Positions 31,610-40,618 of a stretch of DNA of 64,000 nt are shown in pieces; position 1 is the stretch's first letter; each line of letters begins with the position of its first letter. The notes under the pieces were generated by a model that saw only the letters and a program-made list of their open reading frames with translations, did no database searches and was not told the origin of the DNA. Position numbers and translations under genes: made by a program. The stretch lies in assembly GCA_965198005.1 (NCBI GenBank), contig CBDAOI010000002.1, forward strand, positions 576,001-640,000. The letters run 5' to 3'. Origin of the DNA: Spirochaetia bacterium. GTDB lineage: Bacteria; Spirochaetota; Spirochaetia; SZUA-6; Bin103.

Positions 31610-32074
31610 CTGGCCAAGCGCGAGGCGGAGCAGGGCGGCTACCTCGAGTGCGTGTTCCTCGACGCCCGCCACCAGCGCTACCTCGAGGAGGGTTCCTCCT
31701 GCAACCTGTTCTTCGTGCTGTCCGACGGCCGGCTGGTCACGCCCGAGCTGGGCGACATGGTGCTGGCCGGGATCACGCGCCGCACGGTGATCGAGCTGGC
31801 CGTCGAGCGCGGCATCCCGGTCGAGGAGCGCGAGCAGGTGTTCGGCGACGGCGCCATCGGGCCGGTGGCGCACGCCTTCCGCAGCCGGCTCAAGGGGGTG
31901 CGGTACGGAGCGCTGGAGGACCGCTACGGCTGGATGGTGCCGGTGGCGGCGGCGGGGGATGGCGCGGGGGACGCTGCCGGAGCGGCGGCCGCGGCGGTGG
32001 CGGCGGAGGGTGTTGCGGCGGCCGAGGGCGCCGCGGCCGGGAGCGCGGCGCTGGCCGGCACGGCGCGCGGCTGA
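31610..32074 (+). pseudogene. ilvE: ilvE 3' copy 2 with 102-bp internal deletion
   Basis: Matches ilvE ~29496-30062; deletion between two GGAGCGCG sites. Confidence 0.92.
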
Positions 32075-32479
32075 GCGGGCTGCCTCAGAACGGCATTCCG
32101 AACATGAGGAAGCCGGAGTACGCCCGGGTGCCGGCGCCCAATTCCAGCGCCACCCGCTCACGCACACCGATCGAGAAGCGGTCCTGACGATACGTGCCAC
32201 CCAGACCTGCCCGAATCGCGTTGTCAGCCAACTTCCACGTCAGCGTCTCTCCCGGATATCGGGACGACCGTCTGCGCGCCGCTGAACGTTCGCTCTACGT
32301 CCGGAGCAGCACGCAACGAGACCTCCCCGCCACCCACGGGAAGCGTGCTCTCCGGCTGCAACCCGAGGTCGCCGACCAGGCGTTGGGCATCCCGAACCGA
32401 TGCGGCCGCCAGCACCGGCACGGTCGGCATGGCGCCGACGCTGTACGTCGCCAACAACAGCATCGGCAACGTGCCCACC

Positions 32480-32563
32480 GAGTATGATCGCTACGGCGTG
32501 GGCATGGTTCTCCAGCTTCTTCGAGAAGGCGTTGGTGAGGCGGGTGAAGCGCCTCGGCGACAT
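32480..32563 (-). mobile_element. IS1-family (ISMhu11-like) transposase remnant
   Basis: RRFTRLTNAFSKKLENHAHAVAI. Confidence 0.75.
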
Positions 32564-32590
32564 AGATAGATAGAATAGATAGATAAGGAA

Positions 32591-32623
32591 GGCCGCCAGG
32601 GAGATGCTTTTTCCCCGGCGGCC
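32591..32623. other. GC-rich hairpin just upstream of the unusual tRNA
   Basis: GGCCGCCAGGGA...TCCCCGGCGGCC inverted repeat. Confidence 0.6.
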
Positions 32624-32639
32624 TGCATGTGACGCATCG

Positions 32640-32737
32640 GGCGGGTTGGCAGAGAGGCCGAATGCAGCCGGTTGAGGGCCGGTAGCTTAGGGTGCTCACA
32701 CCACCTTAGGCCGTGGGTTCGAATCCCACACCCGCCG
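32640..32737 (+). tRNA. atypical tRNA: anticodon GAG (Leu) on a Ser-type body with a 10-bp variable stem
   Basis: Acceptor GGCGGGT/ACCCGCC; D arm GCAGAGAGGCCGAATGC; anticodon arm GCCGG-TTGAGGG-CCGGT; V arm GCTTAGGGTG/CACCTTAGGC; T arm GTGGG-TTCGAAT-CCCAC; discriminator G. Confidence 0.85.
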
Positions 32738-32985
32738 TACCGCCGCCTACGTCACTAGTGCCATAATTCAGGGTGCCAGCGCAAGCTAGCTCGGAGTGGT
32801 GGAGTGGTGCCCCAGCGGGCGGCGGCGCCTATCCGGCCGATCTCCCGCCGGCGCTCCGGGGTCAGGTCTCTTGGGTAGGGTGGGCATCATGCTCCTCCTG
32901 GGACGCCATAATAAGTAGCGGCGACCGATCATGTCCGCAGTATACCGCGTGCCATTAACCTTTACAAGCAGTGCAAGCCGTGGTA

Positions 32986-33488
32986 CGGAGTACGATCCGG
33001 CCTGGAGCGGGACGAGTTCGAGTCCGGGCACTCGGTGTACGTCCGACCCTCACGCCCGAGCTGGGCGACACGGTGCTGGCCGGGATCACGCGCCGCACGG
33101 TGATCGAGTTGGCCGCCGAGCGCGGCATCCGGTCGAGGAGCGCGCGGTGGCGATCAAGGAGGTGCTGGACGACGCGGTGGAGGCGTTCGGCACCGGCACC
33201 GCGGCCGGGGTCACCTACTTCAGCTCGATCCGGCACGGTGAGCGCGAGCAGGTGTTCGGCGACGGCGCCATCGGGCCGGTGGCGCACGCCTTCCGCAGCC
33301 GGCTCAAGGGGGTGCAGTACGGAGCGCTGGAGGACCGCTACGGCTGGATGGTGCCGGTGGCGGCGGCGGCGGACGGCGCGGGGGACGCTGCCGGAGCGGC
33401 GGCCGCGGCGGTGGCGGCGGAGGGCGTGGCGGCAGCCGAGGGCGCCGCGGACGGGAGCACGGCGCTGGCCGGCACGGCGCGCGGCTGA
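32986..33488 (+). pseudogene. ilvE: ilvE copy 3 with internal deletion
   Basis: Joins ilvE ~29243-29308 to ~29624-30062. Confidence 0.92.
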
Positions 33489-33688
33489 GCGGACTGCCTC
33501 AGAACGGCACTCCGAACATGAGGAAGCCGGAGTACGCCCGGGGTGCATTCTTTCTGTGTGGTAGCGCACTAGCGGTGCCACCGGCATCGAGCATGGCAGC
33601 GAGCGCGGCCAGGCGCAGCCGGTTAGCGCAGCCGGCGATTGGCGTTGACATCGAAGATGCCGCACGGATACGTTCGCCGGCGGGTCTC

Positions 33689-34345
33689 ATGGCCGACGAG
33701 CGGGCAGCAGAGCAACCGGACACCGACGAGCCGGGGCAGGCGATCAGTCAGCCGCACGACAAGTACTTCCAGCGCGTGTTCTCGAACGAGCAGGACGCCG
33801 CCAGCCTGCTGCGCACCTGCGTGCCGCGCCCGCTCGCCGACACGCTGAAGTGGTCGACGCTCGCCCTGCTGCGCGGTCGCTTCGTGGCTGACGACTGGCG
33901 GCGCAACGAGACCGATCTGCTGTATTCGGTGGAGCGGGAGGGTACGGAGACGCCGGTGCTGGTGTACGTGCTGCTGGAGCATCAGTCGACGCCGGACCAG
34001 TGGCTGCGGCTGCGACTGCTGGGTTTGCGGACTTGGTAACGGCCGCGGCGCCACAGTGGCGGTGGGTGCCGAGGTTTGAGCATCCGCTGATCGACCAGAC
34101 GGAGCTGGGCGCGCGAATCGGTGACGGGCGCGGTAGCGGCGCGGGTGTTGCAGATCGCGATGATGGCGACGTTTCGGGAAGCGCCGGAGGAGTTGCTGGA
34201 ATGGGTGACGCGGTTGATTGGGGAGTTGTACCGCGCCAAGGGGTTCGAGGAAGTGGCGAAACACGTGGAGTACGTGCTGGCGACGCAGCCGGAGGCACAG
34301 CGGAAGCTGTTTGCGGAGGCGTTGCGGAGGAACGTGCCGGGCCAC
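33689..34345 (+). pseudogene. Rpn/YhgA-like PD-(D/E)XK recombination-promoting nuclease, internally deleted
   Basis: QPHDKYFQRVFS..ETDLLYSV..VYVLLEHQSTPDQWLRLRLL. Confidence 0.85.
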
Positions 34346-34728
34346 GGGAATCGACGAGGCCACATTCCGGCGCCTCAGGCAGCGAATCGACGCAAAGGAC
34401 AACGGGGCGGATTCGACCGTCTGAGGCCGCCGCAGCAACCTCGACGGCCGCCTGCACGCCGCTACCACACTGAGGAATGCACCCGACCCACGGGAAGCGT
34501 GCTCTCCGGCTGCAACCCGAGGTCGCCGACCAGGCGATGGGCATCCTGAACCGATGCGGCCGCCAGCACCGGGACGGTCGGCATGGCGCCGACGCTGTAC
34601 GTCGCCAACAACAGCATCGGCAACGTGCCCACCGGGTGTTCGTCTTCACGGAGAAGAACGTCCGACAAACCCGACACAATCGCTTCAGCATGGTTTCCTC
34701 AGTTAGTGGGGGGGCAGTATGCTACCGC

Positions 34729-35517
34729 ATGGCTCTCAACGTGAGCGCAGCCGCGATGAACCCGCCTGGCACGATACACACCGGACCGCTCGGCTCCACC
34801 GTGCACGTGCTGCGCGCCGATTCCGAGACCGTCGCCGAGTTGGCCGCCATCGACTGGAGCCTGCGCTTCCGCCGCGTCTGGCTCGACCCGATGCGAGGGA
34901 TCATTGCTCTGACGTCGCCGTCTCACTCCCACGAGGATCTGTCCACGATCCTCGACAACATCGTGGACATTGCGGCGAGTATTCTCGCCGGCGCGACGAA
35001 AGGGTTGCGCAGCACGCGGCTGCGGCGGCGGGATGACCCCCCGGGCACGGGAATGGAGCCCGACTGCGCGTTCTATGTCGGCGCGCGTGCCAGGGACTTC
35101 CGTGCTGCTATGGTCGAAGGTACGGCCGCGGCCGAGGCCTTCATCGAACGTACCGCGCCCGATCTGGTGATCGAAGTCGAGATCACCAACGCCGATGAAG
35201 GTAAGATCGAACGCTATGCCGAGTTGGGGGTGCGAGAGCTGTGGCGCCTGCACGGCCGCAAGGAGTCGTGGGAGTTGCGTGCCGATTTTCTCGCCCTCCA
35301 CGCCAACGCTGCGCCGCGCGAGCTTGACGCTTCGGAAGTCGTCCCGGGGCTCACCCCGGGCGATGTGTGCGAAGCGGTCGACGGGGTGCGCGCCGGTGTG
35401 ACCCACGACGAGCGGACGCAAGCGGTCGCCCGCATCGTGCACCGGCGCCAGTCGCCCAGCGTGCGGGTGCGTGAGGAGGAGGAGGTCCGGTACCTCGCGC
35501 GTTCGGCCGCACCGTAG
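34729..35517 (+). CDS. Uma2-family endonuclease
   Basis: SPSHSHE, MEPDCAFYVG, APDLVIEVEIT, KIERYAELGVRELW. Confidence 0.85.
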   Translation: MALNVSAAAMNPPGTIHTGPLGSTVHVLRADSETVAELAAIDWSLRFRRVWLDPMRGIIALTSPSHSHEDLSTILDNIVDIAASILAGATKGLRSTRLRRRDDPPGTGMEPDCAFYVGARARDFRAAMVEGTAAAEAFIERTAPDLVIEVEITNADEGKIERYAELGVRELWRLHGRKESWELRADFLALHANAAPRELDASEVVPGLTPGDVCEAVDGVRAGVTHDERTQAVARIVHRRQSPSVRVREEEEVRYLARSAAP

Positions 35518-35601
35518 AACGCGCGGCGAGGCAGTTGGGCCGGGTACACGGCGGCGTCGGCACCGAGGAAATGGGGACCCCGCTGGGCGGCGGCCGCAAG
35601 G

Positions 35602-35990
35602 TCACCGCATCGGCCAGTCATCCTCGGTCCACCGGCGATCAGTGACGCCCACGGCCTGCGCCGGCGTCATCTTCAGCTGTAGCCACGGTGCGCCGCGCCC
35701 GTCGCTCCTGAATCGCCACCGTATACCTTGATCAGCATCGCGTAATCCACGTCGCCGCCGAAGGCGCCGCGCACGGCCGTCAGGTAGGCGCGGTGCCCGT
35801 CCGTGGTCAACTGCACGCGATTCCGAAGGCGGCTCGCCAGATCCTTCATGAACGGGATCGCGGATGCGGCCGAGCGGTCGCCGATGAACCAGGAGGGAAC
35901 CAGCTTGGTGTCGGCGCATATGGCCGTCCAGGTCCACACGTCGCCGGCCTCCGGCGGCGCGCTCTTGGAGCGCGCTACTTGCAACGCTAG
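35602..35990 (-). mobile_element. IS1-family (ISMhu11-like) transposase remnant
   Basis: GDVWTWTAICADTKLVPSW..QLTTDGHRAY..VDYAMLIKVYG; LKMTPAQAVGVTDRRWT. Confidence 0.85.
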
Positions 35991-36001
35991 TAGGGCGCCG
36001 C

Positions 36002-36259
36002 TTATAGGAGCTTGAGCCCGCCAACGATTACCAGCGCAACGACCAGCGAAGTGCCTATCGCCCAACGCAGGGACGACACCTGCTTCTCGGCAATCAAGGT
36101 CTTGATGGACTCGATGTCGGCCTTTGTGGCTACGTTCTTGGAAAGGTTGTTTACCCGTTCCTCTAGCCGTACCAGCCTCGCCTCGAACCCGCCACCACCG
36201 TTTCCCGCCCCCGATCCGGTGCTGGCACCCGGAAAGTCTATAGGCTGAGGGCTTCCCAC
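36002..36259 (-). CDS. small coiled-coil protein with C-terminal TM (cargo)
   Basis: FEARLVRLEE..ATKADIE..LRWAIGTSLVV. Confidence 0.65.
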   Translation of the reverse strand: MGSPQPIDFPGASTGSGAGNGGGGFEARLVRLEERVNNLSKNVATKADIESIKTLIAEKQVSSLRWAIGTSLVVALVIVGGLKLL

Positions 36260-36504
36260 GACCTGAGCTTCTCCCAGATGTTCTGAGCGGCGTAGCCGTG
36301 GTATCCCCCAACCTTCACGACCACTCCTGTGCGCTGGTCCGCGCCTATACGATAAGCTGTTGCTATTTCAGTTGACGTGGGCGCGACACCTTCCCCTAAG
36401 GCCAAGCAGGTGGTGTTCGCAACTGCGACATGATCATGGACCCCCGGCGGTGGTTCCGAAGGGACGGGGTCGCCATCTGTATATGCCACCATGAATACTT
36501 CCAT
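36238..36504 (-). CDS. hypothetical cargo protein
   Basis: 88-aa low-GC ORF ending GYHGYAAQNIWEKL; overlaps the next gene. Confidence 0.6.
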   Translation of the reverse strand: MEVFMVAYTDGDPVPSEPPPGVHDHVAVANTTCLALGEGVAPTSTEIATAYRIGADQRTGVVVKVGGYHGYAAQNIWEKLRSWEALSL

Positions 36505-36724
36505 AGTCCGTGTCTCTACTATATATCAGACCAACGCACCGGTCCACGTCTATGCGTTGCTTTGGCGAGCATTAACGTGCAACGACGCCCTCCCTTGAAA
36601 AAGCTATGGCCACCGGAGGGTGGGGCCATAGGGTCTGCCGCCCAACACATGGGTCGGCAATTGAGGATTTCTATGAAGAATATGGGAACAGATCGCCCGG
36701 ATGTCGAGGGGGCGTCACGGCGGC

Positions 36725-37378
36725 CTGGTCACGTATTCCACGCAGTACGCAATGCCGTGCTTCGAGGGGCTCAAGGCGTTTCCGCAGCCGGACGGATCGC
36801 TCAAGCTGCTCCGCCCGCACCTCATACGCCGAAGCGGGGATCGGCGTCAACCTGTGCCAGGCGCCTTATTTCATTGCACCAGCGCTACGTCGAGGAGGGT
36901 TCCTCCTGCAACCTGTTCTTCGCTGTCCGACGGCCGGCTGGTCACGCCCGAGCTGGGCGACACGGTGCTGGCCGGGATCACGCGCCGCACGGTGATCGAG
37001 CTGGCCGCCGAGCGCGGCATCCCGGTCGAGGAGCGCGCGGTGGCGATCGAGGAAGTGCTGGACGACGCGGTGGAGGCGTTCGGCACCGGCACCGCGGCCG
37101 GCGTCACCTACTTCAGCTCGATCCGGCACGGTGAGCGCGAGCGGGTGTTCGGCGACGGCGCCATCGGGCCGGTCGCGCACGCCTTCCGCAGCAGGCTGAA
37201 AGGGATGCAGTACGGAGCGCTGGAGAACCGCTACGGGTGGATGGTGCCGGTGGTGACGGGGGGGGTACAGGGGGGTGATGCGAGGGGCCCGGCCGCGGCG
37301 GTGGCGGCGGAGGGCCTTGCGGCGGCCGAGGGCGCCGCGGCCGGGAGCGCGGCGCTGGCCGGTGCGGCGCGCGGCTCA
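36725..37378 (+). pseudogene. ilvE: ilvE copy 4, more diverged, with two internal deletions
   Basis: Pieces of ilvE ~29025-29120, ~29308-29364 and ~29557-30062; stop changed TGA to TCA. Confidence 0.92.
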
Positions 37379-37640
37379 GCCATCGCCACGTAGCGCCAGG
37401 AGCCCTCGTTTCTGTAGTCCCTCTACTACGCCAACCGCTATCTCCTTCGCCAACCCGCCATTCGCCATGTGCCCGAACGTCTCGCGGACCCACCGCCCGT
37501 GGGTCTCAAGATCCTGCGTCAGGGCCGTCATGTCGCCCTTCAGAGCCGTCATGTCACCCTTCAGAGCCGTCATGTCGCCCTTCAATTCATGGCCTCAACT
37601 CGCCGCAGCACTCGCCCTGAAACTCGCCCTCACTCACCCT
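37376..37640 (-). pseudogene. coiled-coil protein with (MTALKGD)3 heptad repeat; paralog of 20958-21480
   Basis: 21-bp repeats at ~37524-37584; LTQDLETHGRWVRE..LAKEIAVGVVEGL; AGGAGG RBS; 5' frameshift. Confidence 0.65.
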
Positions 37641-37840
37641 CTGACCTCCTGACGCCCCGCCTTGGGGGGGGGGCGCGTATACCAAGAATGAGTGTACATT
37701 GAGCCAGCACACAGGGCAATCGGGGCGCATTCCCTGAGTGTGGTAGCCTTCGGGCTGCCTCCGAGTGGGTTTGGTCGATTTGCTGAGGGGGTGAAGCGGG
37801 GAGCTCGATATCGGCGACCTTCCGGGTGAGCGCGGCGGCG

Positions 37841-39631
37841 TCAGCGGTTGAGCAGGCTGAGCTGGGTGCCGTGGACGCCGCTGGTGGCGGCCAGGGCGGC
37901 AGCCAGCGTGCGGTGCGCCGCGCGCCAGCGCTCCACCGCCCCGCCCACCGCGGAGATGACGCGCGCCTGCTCCGGGTGGCGCGCGCGCAGCCGGCCGCTC
38001 CACAGCCCCAGGAAGTTGGCCACGCGGGCGGTGTCCTGCTGCAGCAGGTAGGCCTGAAACTCGTTCACCACCAGGAACTGATGGTCGACGTCGTAGCCCA
38101 CGGTCGCCAGCAGCAGGCGCCAGAAGGTCTGCTCGTCGGCGCTCAACTGCTGCCACAGCGCCAGCACCTGGGCGCGGTACTCGGGGTGGGTGAAGTAGAG
38201 CCCGTGCAGCGCCTCGTGCGCCAGCAACAGGCGGCGGAGCGGCGCGCCCGACTCCTGCGAGATCGACAGCACCGCGCCGGCCACCGCGCTCCAGCCGCCG
38301 TTGGGGTCGATGCTGATCACGCCGTGGGTGAGCGCCACGCCGCGCAGCCGCCGCTCCTCGGCAGTGAGCGCCACGCCGGATGACTGCACCTCGGTGAAGA
38401 ACCGCGCCAGGTCGGCGGCCGCGTAGTCGTGGGCGTTGTAGCCGCGCCGGCTGCCCAGCTCGGCGTCGGTGAGCAGGCGCCCGCGGTACCCCTGCTTCTC
38501 GACGTAGAACGCCAGCCGGCGGAAGAAGCGCGCCTGCACCGCGTAGCTCGCGGTGTCGAAGATCAGCACCGGCGCCGCGGCGTTGACGCGGGCGGCGTTC
38601 CAGGCGTACAGCTCGAAGGCGGGCTGCCGCCAAGTGGTCGGGGGCAGCGCCAGCACGGTGCTGAGGTCGGCGGCCTTGGCCACCAGGTCGCTGCCGGCAC
38701 CGCCCGGCTGCACCTCCACCGCGGCCGACACCAGCCCCGTGGCCGCGGCGCCGGCCGCCGCCTGCAGGTGCACGCGGCGCGGCCGGAACCCTACCTCGGC
38801 GCCGTGCAGGTGTACGAACTGGCGGCCGGGGCGCAGGGTCAGGGTGAAGGCCGCGCTCCGGCCGGCGGCCTCGTCCGCCTCCTGCAGGGTGATGCGCAGC
38901 TCGGTGCCGTCGCTCTCGGCGGCGTTGTCGAGCTGCAGGGCCAGCAGCCACGGCTGCTCCGGGGCCGGGTACTGCCAGGGGGCCACCTCCAGGTCCACCG
39001 GCCACACCGCGCGGCCGTCGAAGCGCGCCGCGGTGCGGGGCGCGAGGCCGCTGCCCGCCAGCAGGGTGGCGCCGTTCACGAACAGGCCGCCGCGGTGGCC
39101 GGCCACGCCGGCCGCGCGCAGCTTGAGGGTGCCGGGGCCGGCCTCCGGCGGGGCGCGCACCCGCAGTCCCCACAGCAGCAGCGGGTCGCGGATCGCCACG
39201 TGGTAGCGGATCGGCCCCGCGCCGCCCAGCCGGATCTGCTCCGCGTGCGCCAGGTTGCCGGCGGCGCGGTACAGCTCCACGGTGAAGTGGTCGAGCTCGC
39301 TCTCCACCTCCAGCGCCACCGCCTGCCCCGGCTCCAGATACACCGGCTTCGCCAATTCGAACAGGGCGGTGGCGAACACCGCGTACTGGGGCGCCAGGCT
39401 GGCGCGGTCCAGCTCGGCGGTGCGCGCCGCCGCCGCCTCGGGGCGCTCCCGGCGATGGGCGCGCACCGCGACCCGCCCCCCGTCCAGGGCGGTAAAGCGC
39501 AGGCCGGGCGCGACCAGCCCGCAGCCGGCGAGCGACGCACCCAGCACGGCGGCGGCCAGGACCGCGCCGACGGCCCGGCCGGCGGTGTGCGGCGGCGAAT
39601 GAAGGAACACCTCACCCCTCATTGTCGGCAC
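37841..39631 (-). CDS. hypothetical exported/lipoprotein with possible HExxH motif
   Basis: Lipobox-like SLAGC; FFRRLAFYVEKQGYRG, GYNAHDY, LLAHEALHGLYF. Confidence 0.75.
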   Translation of the reverse strand: MPTMRGEVFLHSPPHTAGRAVGAVLAAAVLGASLAGCGLVAPGLRFTALDGGRVAVRAHRRERPEAAAARTAELDRASLAPQYAVFATALFELAKPVYLEPGQAVALEVESELDHFTVELYRAAGNLAHAEQIRLGGAGPIRYHVAIRDPLLLWGLRVRAPPEAGPGTLKLRAAGVAGHRGGLFVNGATLLAGSGLAPRTAARFDGRAVWPVDLEVAPWQYPAPEQPWLLALQLDNAAESDGTELRITLQEADEAAGRSAAFTLTLRPGRQFVHLHGAEVGFRPRRVHLQAAAGAAATGLVSAAVEVQPGGAGSDLVAKAADLSTVLALPPTTWRQPAFELYAWNAARVNAAAPVLIFDTASYAVQARFFRRLAFYVEKQGYRGRLLTDAELGSRRGYNAHDYAAADLARFFTEVQSSGVALTAEERRLRGVALTHGVISIDPNGGWSAVAGAVLSISQESGAPLRRLLLAHEALHGLYFTHPEYRAQVLALWQQLSADEQTFWRLLLATVGYDVDHQFLVVNEFQAYLLQQDTARVANFLGLWSGRLRARHPEQARVISAVGGAVERWRAAHRTLAAALAATSGVHGTQLSLLNR

Positions 39632-39835
39632 CGATCGTGCGCATGACAGTCGCCAGCCCCATCTGACGTGCGAAGACGAGTAGTTCGTTATCCGGCGTGG
39701 AGGCTTCGGCGGTCGAACCGGCGGGGACGGAACTGTTCACCGTGGATGATGCTGGCGCTGCTGCCGGTGGCGCGGATCACGTAGAGACCCACATATCCTG
39801 CGGAGTAGCCGGTTCTCGGTGTGCAATCCGGTCGG

Positions 39836-40618
39836 CTATCGGGTGTTCTCCCGCTTCTGAAGGTAACGCCACCCGGCGCACTCAGCAAGCAGCTCCGCGA
39901 CTTCGGGATAGGCCGAGGACTGTCGGGCGGGGTAAATCCGACAAGCCCGGGGCTCAGCGCAGGGCAGGCGGGCTGCTACCTCGGCCTGGAGCAGGTCGCG
40001 TACGGCCGCCACCGGCAGCGGGAAGCCGGCCGCGTGCAGCGTGGTGCAGAACGCCTGGTGGCCGCGCCCGCGGCGGTAGTCGGGCTCCTGCGCCGGGTAG
40101 GTGAGGTAGCGTTCGAACTCCGCGGGGTCGTTGGCGACCAGCACGCTGGCCTGGTAGAACAGGATGAGGCGGCGGCGAAACACGCTGGTGCCGGCGATCT
40201 TGCGCTCGCCGATCGCCAGGTCGGAGATGCCGCGCGGCGCCACGCCGCGCACGCCGGCCCGTTCCAGCGCCGCGCGCAGCCAGCCGTTGATGGCGTGCGC
40301 GTAGGCGCGGCTACGGTAGGGGTGGGCGACCGCGGTCACCAGCGCCACCACCACCTGACCGGGAGTCAGCAGCACGGTGCCGCCGCCGCCGCGCCGGCGC
40401 CGCACCGGGATGGCCGCCGCCCGCGCCGCGGCCTCGCGCACGTCGGCGGCGGCGCTGCCGGAGGCGCCGAGCACGATCACCCGCCGGTGCGGCTCGTACA
40501 CCCGGAGCTGCGGCGCGCCGCACCGTTCGTAGGCCTCCAGCAGATCGTCGTTCTCCAGCGGCGGCGGGCGCAGCGGTTGCCGCGGTCGCGCCACCACGGC
40601 CGGCTGGTCAAGCGCCAA
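39836..40618 (-). CDS. lipoate-protein ligase A/B family protein
   Basis: VRRRRGGGGTVLL, SDLAIGERKIAG. Confidence 0.82.
   Translation of the reverse strand: MALDQPAVVARPRQPLRPPPLENDDLLEAYERCGAPQLRVYEPHRRVIVLGASGSAAADVREAAARAAAIPVRRRRGGGGTVLLTPGQVVVALVTAVAHPYRSRAYAHAINGWLRAALERAGVRGVAPRGISDLAIGERKIAGTSVFRRRLILFYQASVLVANDPAEFERYLTYPAQEPDYRRGRGHQAFCTTLHAAGFPLPVAAVRDLLQAEVAARLPCAEPRACRIYPARQSSAYPEVAELLAECAGWRYLQKRENTR

Noticed and set aside
32640-32737. Selenocysteine tRNA, or a mere att-site tRNA fragment
   Set aside because: The anticodon is GAG, not TCA, the acceptor stem is 7 bp rather than 8, and all arms are present.
39640-39900. Possible ncRNA or toxin remnant in a lower-GC stretch
   Set aside because: No recognisable RNA motif or convincing ORF homology by eye.
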